In this document: positions 8,002 to 17,300 of the stretch, piece after piece | Layout: each line of letters starts with the position of its first letter | How positions within the stretch are numbered: position 1 is the stretch's first letter | NCBI GenBank assembly: GCA_034659915.1 | Contig: JAYEID010000013.1 | Location: forward strand, 74,917 to 138,916 | DNA from: Patescibacteria group bacterium | GTDB taxonomy: Bacteria > Patescibacteriota > WWE3 > JAUXAW01 > JAYEID01 | Length of the DNA: 64,000 nucleotides | Direction of reading: 5' to 3' | Program-made: the position numbers and the translations under genes | Notes under the pieces: model-generated | The model's database searches: none | Told to the model about the DNA's origin: nothing | What the model saw: the letters and a program-made list of their open reading frames with translations, nothing else

Positions 8002-9381
8002 ATGTTGGAAAGGACATCAGCTTCCAAAACTGTTAAAAAAGTAGGTGAGGACGTTATTCTTAAAGGTTGGGTAGACAGGCGGCGTGATCACGGTGGCGTG
8101 GCCTTTTTAGATTTACGAGATAGGACAGGAATTGTCCAAGTTGTTTGTACACCTGAACAAATTGATGATTTGCGCGATGAATACGTGGTTGAAATTAGAG
8201 GTGAGGTAAAAGAGCGGCCGGAAAATATGGTTAACCCTGATTTGGAGACGGGCACAGTGGAAGTTAAGGTAGAGAAAATCACTGTGTTATCGGAGTCGAA
8301 GACGCTACCCTTTGATATACACGGAAGCGGATTGAAAATTAATGAAAAGAAGCGTTTAGAGTATCGCTACCTAGATTTGCGTAGACTACGTTTAACAAAA
8401 AATTTACGTTTTCGCAGCAAGGCTGTTCAATTTATTCGCAATTATCTTATGGAGCGTGATTTTGTAGAAATTGAAACTCCCATTCTTTCTAAATCTACAC
8501 CGGAAGGGGCGCGTGACTTTTTGGTTCCTTCTCGGCTACAACCCGGCGAGTTCTACGCACTTCCCCAAAGTCCTCAGCAGTATAAACAGCTCTTGATGGT
8601 GGCTGGCTTTGAGCGCTATTTCCAAATTGCGCGGTGCTTTCGGGATGAGGATCTTCGTGCGGATAGGCAGTTGGAGTTTACTCAGCTGGATCTAGAAATG
8701 TCCTTCTCTACTCAGGAGGAAATTTTGGAGTTGACTGAGGATTTATTTACAAATCTAGTGGAGGAGTTAACCGACAAGAAAATTACAAAGAAGCCGTTTC
8801 CTCGCTTGAAGTACAAAGAGGTAATGAGAAAATACGGGACAGATACTCCTGACTTGCGCAAAGATAAAAGTGATCCTAATGAACTAGCATTTTGCTGGGT
8901 AATAAACTTTCCGCTTTTTGAGAAAAGTGCTGAGGGAGATCTTAGCCCCTCTCACCACCCGTTTACAGCTCCCCGGGAAGAAGATCTAAATTTGTTGGAT
9001 TCAGAGCCAATGAAGGTTCGTTCCTACCAGCACGATTTGGTATTGAACGGTCATGAGGTGGGTGGGGGAAGTATTAGAATTACGGATCCTAAGATCCAAA
9101 CTAAAATTTTTGAAATTTTAGGGCATACTCGCGAAGAGATTGAGGAAAAGTTTGGACACTTACTTAAAGCTTTCGAGTACGGTGTTCCGCCCCATGGTGG
9201 TATTGCTCCTGGCATTGATCGCTTGGTAGCTATTCTTTGCGGGGAGGAAACTATTCGTGAAGTTATGGCTTTTCCCGTTACCTCTTCTGGTGAAACTGCT
9301 GTAATGGATGCTCCTAGTAAAGTTGACAAAGATCAATTACGAGAGCTAGGTATTAAAGTTGTTGAGGATGATAATGACTAG
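8002..9381 (+). CDS. aspS: Aspartate-tRNA ligase, short form lacking GAD insert; DHGG suggests non-discriminating
   Basis: RRDHGG, YRYLDLR, TPEGARDF, LPQSPQQYKQ, PPHGGIAPGIDR. Confidence 0.97.
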   Translation: MLERTSASKTVKKVGEDVILKGWVDRRRDHGGVAFLDLRDRTGIVQVVCTPEQIDDLRDEYVVEIRGEVKERPENMVNPDLETGTVEVKVEKITVLSESKTLPFDIHGSGLKINEKKRLEYRYLDLRRLRLTKNLRFRSKAVQFIRNYLMERDFVEIETPILSKSTPEGARDFLVPSRLQPGEFYALPQSPQQYKQLLMVAGFERYFQIARCFRDEDLRADRQLEFTQLDLEMSFSTQEEILELTEDLFTNLVEELTDKKITKKPFPRLKYKEVMRKYGTDTPDLRKDKSDPNELAFCWVINFPLFEKSAEGDLSPSHHPFTAPREEDLNLLDSEPMKVRSYQHDLVLNGHEVGGGSIRITDPKIQTKIFEILGHTREEIEEKFGHLLKAFEYGVPPHGGIAPGIDRLVAILCGEETIREVMAFPVTSSGETAVMDAPSKVDKDQLRELGIKVVEDDND

Positions 9382-9413
9382 TAAAATCTTCAATTAGGTT
9401 CAAAATTTCCCAA

Positions 9414-10487
9414 ATGGCAAATTATTTTTTTGCAAGAACAAAAAGGCGAGTACGTGCTGCTTTTGCAAAAGCACGTTTCCAAGGTTATTTACAAAAGGCA
9501 CATTTTTTGAGGCTTGCTGGTGTATGCTTTCTTCTTGCTTGTACTCTTTTTTCTAGTTCCTCTCCCCTTGTACAGAGTAATGAAATTGAAGATGGAAAAG
9601 GGGGAGAACAATCTCAAAGTTTGGTTGCTGGTGCAAAGGAAAATTCCTTTGAAGCAGCAGAGCCAGAATGGCCAAAATTAAGAGATGATGCGCCGGAATT
9701 TCCAACAGTTTCGGCAAAAGCAGTTTTGGTAAAAGATAGTAAGACAGGAAAGACTTTATACGAAAGAAACTCTACTGAGAGAATTGCTCCTGCTTCCTTG
9801 GTAAAAATAATGACTGCTTTGGTTGGTTTGGATAAGTATTCTTTGGAAGATGAGTTGGTGGTTTCAGAAAGTTGCCTTTCCGGGTTGGAGGGAAAAGCTC
9901 AGATGAATTTGCAAGCGGGGGAGCGTGTTAAAGCGGGTACCCTACTCTACGGCCTTTTATTACAGTCTGCTGCTGATGCTGCTTGTGTCTTGGCTCGGGA
10001 CCCGGAAAACATGCTTGACGACTACCGTGGTAACGAGCAGCTTTTTGTTGAAAATATGAATCAAAAAGCTTGGGAACTAGGGTTACGTAATACTCGGTTC
10101 CAAAATGTTATTGGTGTAGATGAGGAAGAGCAGTATTCGACTGCGGCAGATCTTTTGCATTTAGCTCAGGTTGCGATGGAGAATCCTATTTTTAGAAAGA
10201 TAGTTGGAACAAAGGAAATTAACCTGCATAATGCTGCTAATCCCCCAACCCAGTGGCATTATGTGCAAAATACAAATGAACTGTTGGTACCGGAATTAGA
10301 AGTTACTGGAGTAAAAACAGGAACAACTACCAATGCTGGTGAGTGCTTACTTGTATCTTGGTTATGGAAAATTCGGGAGATTTATGCAGTGCTTTTGGGA
10401 AGTGAAAAAGATCAGCGGTTCGCAGAATCGCGTAAAATTATAGATTGGGTAAACTCTTCGTTTGTAGCTAATCCTAGTCCTCGTTAG
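9414..10487 (+). CDS. D-alanyl-D-alanine carboxypeptidase (S11 family)
   Basis: PASLVKIMTA (SxxK), KTGTT; SxN motif reads SAA. Confidence 0.88.
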   Translation: MANYFFARTKRRVRAAFAKARFQGYLQKAHFLRLAGVCFLLACTLFSSSSPLVQSNEIEDGKGGEQSQSLVAGAKENSFEAAEPEWPKLRDDAPEFPTVSAKAVLVKDSKTGKTLYERNSTERIAPASLVKIMTALVGLDKYSLEDELVVSESCLSGLEGKAQMNLQAGERVKAGTLLYGLLLQSAADAACVLARDPENMLDDYRGNEQLFVENMNQKAWELGLRNTRFQNVIGVDEEEQYSTAADLLHLAQVAMENPIFRKIVGTKEINLHNAANPPTQWHYVQNTNELLVPELEVTGVKTGTTTNAGECLLVSWLWKIREIYAVLLGSEKDQRFAESRKIIDWVNSSFVANPSPR

Positions 10488-11616
10488 ACTCTTGCGGTTC
10501 CTGGTTTACCCATTCTTGGGGTATAGCGTTTAGATACAACACAATTTCCCAAGGTTTTTGATTTTTAACTTCAGCTAAGCCTTTGAAAACGTAGATGGGT
10601 GTTAGGTAATTTTGCGCTTGTTTTGATTCAAAATAAGCTAGTTGCATATTTTGAATTCTTATTTTCTCAACTAAGGGTGGAGAGGGGTTTTCGTAAAACC
10701 CGGCTCCTTGAGGTTTGAGATAAACTAGGGCGGCATTTCCAGCTTCTAGATTTTCCCAGGCTTTGCTGGAAGTTAATAAAGGGTAAGTAGAGCCTTCTTC
10801 AGTTTTTATTTTCCAGTTTTGGTATTCAGCTATTGGTACTTGATCAACTACTGAACGGTAAGAGCCACCAGCAACTAGTAGAGTAGTTAATCCTTGTCTA
10901 GGTTTGGGACCCAAGACATCGTAGCTTTTTCCATCCACATTAAGGACTTTGAAAAGATCTACTCGGGTTAGTTGCGCTTGTGATAAACTTTCTACTACGC
11001 TAAATTTCCCGTTATTTATTTGAACAAATGAGACCTCTCTTTTTGCACTTTCTAGTGTTTTGTTTCCTAGGCTAAGCCGGTTAAGAAAATTCTGGGCTGT
11101 ATCTTCAGCAAGTTGCTTAGTGGGCGCGTTGCCTTTTGTGAGTTGTATTTCTAATGTATTGGAGTCGTAAGTAAGGGAAAAAGCTTGGCTTACTATATTC
11201 ATTTCTAGAGTTCGTTTTCCTTCTTCCCAGCGATATTCAGTGGGTGAGATAGCTTTAGGGCTAGAAGTAAATCCCAAACTTTTTGCTAGATCCTCCGCTT
11301 GCAATTCTGTAAGTGGTGTTGTTGGGTTTTTCTCTAAGGGAAATATAGGTAACCGGTCCGGCATAGCTGGTAATCTTGCGGTGGGAGTGTCCAGTTCGTA
11401 CTTCCATTTAGATAAATTAATGTCGCTAGATGGTATTTTTGGTATGCCTATTTTGCCGAAAGCTGTTTCTGGTGCCGGCTTTTTGGGAGGAAAGAAGTGA
11501 CGGTAAATTCGAACTCCCACATTCCAACCTATTCTTCCAATAGTTAGAACTGCTAGAAAAATTATAAAAGCAGCAATGCCGCGTCTTGTAACTTTAGAAA
11601 CTTTGGTTAAACTCAT
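10474..11616 (-). CDS. Hypothetical membrane-anchored extracytoplasmic protein
   Basis: 380-aa ORF, single N-terminal TM, C-terminal YLTPIYVF. Confidence 0.8.
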   Translation of the reverse strand: MSLTKVSKVTRRGIAAFIIFLAVLTIGRIGWNVGVRIYRHFFPPKKPAPETAFGKIGIPKIPSSDINLSKWKYELDTPTARLPAMPDRLPIFPLEKNPTTPLTELQAEDLAKSLGFTSSPKAISPTEYRWEEGKRTLEMNIVSQAFSLTYDSNTLEIQLTKGNAPTKQLAEDTAQNFLNRLSLGNKTLESAKREVSFVQINNGKFSVVESLSQAQLTRVDLFKVLNVDGKSYDVLGPKPRQGLTTLLVAGGSYRSVVDQVPIAEYQNWKIKTEEGSTYPLLTSSKAWENLEAGNAALVYLKPQGAGFYENPSPPLVEKIRIQNMQLAYFESKQAQNYLTPIYVFKGLAEVKNQKPWEIVLYLNAIPQEWVNQEPQESNED

Positions 11617-11640
11617 TGAGGCTTACTGTTCACAATCTTA

Positions 11641-11883
11641 GCATGAAATCATTAGAACATAAAAGCATGAAAACATAGAATATAAAAGGGACCTAAGAGA
11701 CCTGCAAGGGGCGGTACCACATTGGGTCGACCCCAGGGGTCTAGCTTGTCTAGTCCTTGGAGGTCTCGGTAGAAAAAGAAAAGATTGAAGAGACCGGAAA
11801 ATCGTAACTAGAGATAGGAAATACTAAATACCAACTACTAATTGCTAATTGCTAGTTGCTAACTACTTACTACTAACTACTAA
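11641..11883. repeat. Intergenic repeat mosaic: 8-mer array, REP-like inverted pair, 7-mer array
   Basis: gcatgaaa-type 8-mers 11641-11680; gagacctgcaagg (11697)/ccttggaggtctc (11755); (c/t)t(a/g)ctaa x7 at 11835-11883. Confidence 0.7.
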
Positions 11884-11906
11884 GCCCGTTTGTTATAATA
11901 ACTACG

Positions 11907-13421
11907 TTGCTTATGCCAAATGATAATTCTTTTGAAAATGTAAGAGTGCGCAGTGCTCCTTCTCCCACTGGCCGACCTCATATTGGTACTGCTTATAACG
12001 CTCTTTTTAATTATGTTTTTGCCCGTAAACACGATGGTAAATTTATTCTTCGTATTGAGGATACAGATCGGTCTCGCTATGATGCTGATTCTGAGCGAGA
12101 GATTATAGATGCTCTTACTTGGTTAGGTTTGGAGCCAAATGAATCTCCTAAAAAAGGGGGAGAGTACGGACCTTACCGGCAGTCGGAACGCTTGGATATC
12201 TATAAAAAATATGTCGAGCAGCTTTTAGATAAAGGTGCAGCTTATTACTGCTTTTGTTCGGAAGAACGCCTAGAGAGAATTAGAGAAAGAGCTAGGCGGG
12301 AAGGTAAGCCTCCCATGTATGATGGACATTGTCGAAGTATTAGCAGGAAAGATGCTGAAAAGAGAATTCAGGAGGGAGAAGAGTATGTGGTTCGCTTAAA
12401 AGTCCCCAAGGAAGGGACTACTAAGTTTCACGACTTGATACGTGGTGAAATTGAGGTTGAAAATCAAGTTATTGATGATCAAGTTCTTTTAAAATCTGAC
12501 GGTTTTCCTACCTATCATTTAGCTAATGTGGTAGATGATCATTTAATGGAGATTAGTCATATTATTCGGGGTGAGGAGTGGCTTTCTTCTGTTCCCAAAC
12601 ACATTTTACTCTACACTGCTTTTGATTGGGCTCCTCCGGTTTATGCACATACTCCGCTGCTTCGCGGTGAGGGCGGTGCTAAACTGGGAAAGCGACACGG
12701 CGCACTTCCTATTTTTGAATACAAGAAAATGGGTATTCTTCCGGAAGCACTTTTAAATTATTTGGCGCTTTTGGGCTGGACTCATCCTCAGGAGAAAGAG
12801 TTTTTTGGTTTGAAAGAAATGATTGATAAGTTTCAACTTGAAGATATGGATGCAACTGCTCCTATCTATGATCCGGATAAGTTAAAATGGTTAAATGGTA
12901 AGTGGATCCGCGCGCTTAGTGTTGAGGAGCTTGCGGAAAGACTTCGGAGTGTTTTTGCAAGAGAAGCGGAAGCCGCCGGGGAAACTTCCGGGGTTTCTGC
13001 AGATCCAACCCCGGAGGTTAAAGAGGCGGCCCAGGAACGATTTTCCGAAATCGTCTCCCTTGTTCAGGACCGCATGGAAACCCTCTGTGATTTTGAGGAA
13101 CTGGCCCGGTTCTTCTTTGAAGCTCCGGAGGTAGACAAAGAACCTCTTGTGGAGCAGGCTCATGGAGATGAAGAAGAAGCAAAAGCTATCTTGGAAGCAG
13201 CAGCAAAGATTATTGAAGAGACAGAATTGGAACACGATGCTTTGGAACAAGCTTTTCGGTCTAAGGCAAAGGAAGAAGGTTGGGGAATGCGGGCAATTTG
13301 TATGACTACCCGAGTAGCAATAACTGGGAAAACAGTCTCCCCCCCACTTTTTGATTGTGTCGCGATCCTCGGCCGCGAAGAAACCCTTACCCGCCTTAAC
13401 AAATCTTTGGAATTACTGTAA
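11907..13421 (+). CDS. gltX: Glutamate-tRNA ligase
   Basis: RSAPSPTGRPHIG, LRIEDTD, YYCFC, PTYHLANVVDD, KLGKR. Confidence 0.98.
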   Translation: MLMPNDNSFENVRVRSAPSPTGRPHIGTAYNALFNYVFARKHDGKFILRIEDTDRSRYDADSEREIIDALTWLGLEPNESPKKGGEYGPYRQSERLDIYKKYVEQLLDKGAAYYCFCSEERLERIRERARREGKPPMYDGHCRSISRKDAEKRIQEGEEYVVRLKVPKEGTTKFHDLIRGEIEVENQVIDDQVLLKSDGFPTYHLANVVDDHLMEISHIIRGEEWLSSVPKHILLYTAFDWAPPVYAHTPLLRGEGGAKLGKRHGALPIFEYKKMGILPEALLNYLALLGWTHPQEKEFFGLKEMIDKFQLEDMDATAPIYDPDKLKWLNGKWIRALSVEELAERLRSVFAREAEAAGETSGVSADPTPEVKEAAQERFSEIVSLVQDRMETLCDFEELARFFFEAPEVDKEPLVEQAHGDEEEAKAILEAAAKIIEETELEHDALEQAFRSKAKEEGWGMRAICMTTRVAITGKTVSPPLFDCVAILGREETLTRLNKSLELL

Positions 13422-13429
13422 CAACAGCC

Positions 13430-13454
13430 CTCGCAAAGGTATTACCTTTGATAG
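13430..13454 (+). repeat. REP-like palindrome left of RAYT
   Basis: ctcgCAAAGGTA-T-TACCTTTGatag, identical copy at 14255-14279. Confidence 0.85.
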
Positions 13455-13484
13455 AGCTTGTTTCATAGGGTTTTTGATTTTTTT

Positions 13485-14246
13485 ATGAAAAGAAAAACTG
13501 TTTTGGCAGTTGGTGGTATTTATCATATTTTCAATCGTGGGATTGACAAACGTGATATTTTTCTTGATCCAAGTTATTATTCCCGTTTTGTTTCAACTTT
13601 AGAGCATTCTTTAAAGTATAATTATCCTTATAGTTTACTGAAACGCCGGTTGAGAGAAGCTAAATCTTCGGAGGATAGAAAGAATATACTTTTGCAGCTG
13701 GAGACGAAGCGTGTAGAACCCCCGGTGGAAGTACTTTCCTTTTGTTTAATGCCCAATCATTTTCATCTAACTTTAAAACAACTTGTCGAAGACGGTATTA
13801 CTGAGCTTATACGTAGAATTTGCACAGTGTATACAATGTATTTTAATGTGCGGCAAGAGAGAAGAGGAACTCTTTTTGGTGGGGTATTTCGATCAGTTCT
13901 GGTGGAAACTGAAGAACAGCTGATCCACCTTTCTCGTTATCAGCACTTGAACCCCCTCAAGGCCGGAATAACTGAGATATCGAAGTTGGGAGATTATCCC
14001 TGGTCAAGTCTCGCCACTTATTTGGGTAGGGATGATATTCCTTTTGTTAATAGTAGGCCGGTCATGTCTCATTTTAAAGATGCGGAAGGGTATTTAAGGT
14101 TTCTGGAAGCCGAAATTGACGAGTTCGAGCCTCTGCGTTTGGAGGGTATTGCGATAGATGATGACTTCGGTTGGTTCGCCTGTTTTAGGGATTATGAGGA
14201 AGAACGTAAAGAGGCTCTCCGAAAGAGATATATGGAATTGTTGTAA
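13485..14246 (+). mobile_element. REP-associated tyrosine transposase (RAYT, IS200-like Y1 HUH)
   Basis: YHIFNRG, FCLMPNHFHL (HUH), RYQHLNP, YPWSS; flanked by identical palindromes. Confidence 0.9.
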
Positions 14247-14254
14247 TGAAGGCG

Positions 14255-14296
14255 CTCGCAAAGGTATTACCTTTGATAGCTTTTACCTTTGATAGC
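14255..14296 (+). repeat. REP-like palindrome right of RAYT plus partial tandem copy
   Basis: ctcgcaaaggtattacctttgatagc then ttacctttgatagc. Confidence 0.85.
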
Positions 14297-14349
14297 TTTA
14301 TTCTGGTCCTAACCTTATACCATGTGATAGACTGAAGTTTAAGCTTTAT

Positions 14350-17300
14350 ATGGTTAACCCTGTCCGTGATTCTAGTTCAATTGAAAAAATTTCCCAGTGG
14401 ATTGATATTTTTCTTCTTTTTGTGTTGGTTATTGCCAACTTGTTATTTCCCCTCTTTGGTCTTTCTGCGCATCTTGTAAGTTTGGTCCGGTTGTTGTTTT
14501 TGCTTTCCTTAGTTCTATTTTTTATATTTGTACGGTTGCCGCTTCTTTTCGTTGAATCGGTTGTGGGTATGCTTCGTTCCCACAAAGATAGAAAGAAGAT
14601 TTGGAGGAGTAGAAAAAATTTTCTTATTAAAAACCTTGTTTTTATTTTGGTTTTTCTTTTTGTGTTGGATTCAGTGGGTGCAAATTCTCTCCACGGCGTA
14701 ATTGGTAGAGAGTTGTTAGGGAGGAAAGGTGATCGTGGTGGAGCAGCTGATAATGGAGGGGAAGCCTACGGGTTGGTAAGGTCCAGCGAAAAAGAAATGT
14801 TTGTTCTGCGGGCAAAGCGTAAAGACTTTAAGTCTGAAGAGGACGTTACCTTTAAGGTAAGTTTTACCGATGCTTTGCCCTCCGCACCGGAAGAAAATGA
14901 GGCGTCAGGTTCTTCCTCCCAGCCCTCCTCGGCAACAACCTCTGCCACTCCCGAAACAGATTCTCCCTCTTCTGTAGATCAATCTGGTTCGGAAGAACCA
15001 ACCACCCAAGATTCTACTCCGGAGGGTACAGAAAGTGCTACTCCGGAGGCAACAATAAGCGCCCAGCCTAGTAATCAGGGGTTGTTGGGAAAAGTATTAG
15101 CGCTTTTGGAAAAATATAATATTTTTGGTTCTGTTAAAGCTCAAAGCAAAGAACCGGATATTGATGTGAAAATTTTTGATGTGGAAGGTGAAGAGACTCA
15201 CTTTCCTATTTCTGTTGAGGCTGATGAATCAGGTAACTTTGAGATAGAGGTAAGTAAGGGTAGAGCGTTTAGACCCGGGAAGTATGAGCTTAAAGTTACC
15301 TTGGTAGATCCGGAAAGTGGTGAAGAGCTTGATTCTATAGAACAAGATTTTACCTGGGGTGTTTTGGCTGTTAATACCAACAAGTCCATTTACCTGCCCC
15401 GGGAAAAAGCAAAATTGCAGATGGCTGTTTTGGATGAAGAAGGGATGATGGAATGTAACGCTAAGCTGCGCTTGGAAATCCAAAATCCGAAATCCGAAAT
15501 TCAAAACCTCTCGACGGAAGAGGGAAGCATTACCGTGAACCCTGAATGCAAGTTGCATGACTTTACTCTGGTGCCGGATTACGAGGCAGAATACCAAGTT
15601 GCCGATTCTGGTGTTTATGAGATGAAACTAACTGCGGAAACAGAAAACGGCACTTATACCATTACCGATTCTTTTGAAGTGCGCAACGAAGTCCCTTTTG
15701 ATGTGGAGAGGGAAACAGCAACCCGTATTTATCCTCCCGAGTCTTACCCCGTTACTTTTTCTATTAAGGTTAACCAAGATTTTACCGGCGTAATTGAGGA
15801 GCGTGTTCCTGCAAGTTTTGAGGTGGAATGTCCCCCTCTTTTTGATGTGGATTCGGGAACTCGTAGCAACAGTTGCCAGATCAAGGAGAAGGACGGCGTC
15901 AAAACAATATCTTGGTCTGTAAGTTGGGCAGAAGGGCAAAGGACAACCTTGTACTATCGTTTCAAGACACCTCTCATATCGCCGCAATTTTACCTTCTGG
16001 GACCTTTAACCTTCCGTAGCCTTGGCGAAGGAGGTCCTTCCACTACTGTTTTTGAAAAAAGCGAGGATGAGCTTGCACCGACGAGCTTCGAAGAAGCGAG
16101 GAGGTGGCAGCTGGCTATTGACGATACGGAAGGCGCCAACAGCCCAAGCAGCGCAGCTGAAGATACATCTGTAGGTGGTTATTCTTGGTCGGGATATACC
16201 AATGTTTATTCTAGTAATGATTCCTATGCTGAGGTTACTTTGGGTAAAGGATATATAAGTTATTATATTAAAGCTACCGGCTTCGGTTTTTCCCTTTCTA
16301 ATTGCGAGTCCATTGATGGGATTTATGTAGAGGTGGAGCGTAAATCTAACGATGCGGCTGATATGGAAGATAATTCAGTACGCCTGGTTAACGGTAGTGG
16401 TACTATTGTTGGCGATGACAAAGCAATAGCTGGTGATTGGCCAACTTCGGATACTTACCAAGGTTACGGTGGTTCTACCGATACGTGGAACGCCAGCTTG
16501 ACTTGTAGTGATGTTACTAATTCTAATTTTGGAGTTGTCTTTTCAGCGCAGAACACTGTATCTACTAAACCACGCGATATTACTGCCTCCGTTGACCACA
16601 TTCGGGTGACCGTTTATTATACTGCTGCCCCAGCTCTTGAACAGAGCCATTACCGTTGGCGCGACGACAGCTACGGTTTAAACACTGACAACGGTTGGCA
16701 GGCAAATGAAGATAACGAGTACAATGGCTTGCCGACAAATACTACCGCCCGTTTACGAATGGAAATTGACAATACCGGTGACGCGGAGGCGAGCAGTTAT
16801 CAGTACCAACTGGAATATGCTGCCCAAAGTGGGGACACTTGCGGCGGCGAAAGTTACACCGCCGTACCGGTTACTGCTTCCACAGAACCTTTTGAGATGG
16901 TTACTTCTAGCCAATACACGGACGGTGACGCTATTACTTCGGGATTTCTGACAGGTTCCGGCACTTGGGCTGATGGTGAGGGTGTGGCAGACCCCTCTAA
17001 TAAAACAGCAAGCCATAGCTTAGCTTATGGTGACTACACAGAATTTGAATATGCAATTCAGGCAACTAGTGATGCAGGCAGTGGACAGACCTACTGTTTC
17101 CGGTTAACAAATGATGGCTCGATTGAGAATTTTACTTATACTAGATACGCTGAAGCGACCATTCAAGGAGTTAGCGGTTCTTTGGGCAAATCTGCAGACG
17201 GATGGGCGGGGGCAATTCCAGTTTATATGGATGTTATTGGTTATGATTCCAGTTATTACGCCCGGGCTAAAGTGGATACGCCTGCTGCGGAAACCTACTA

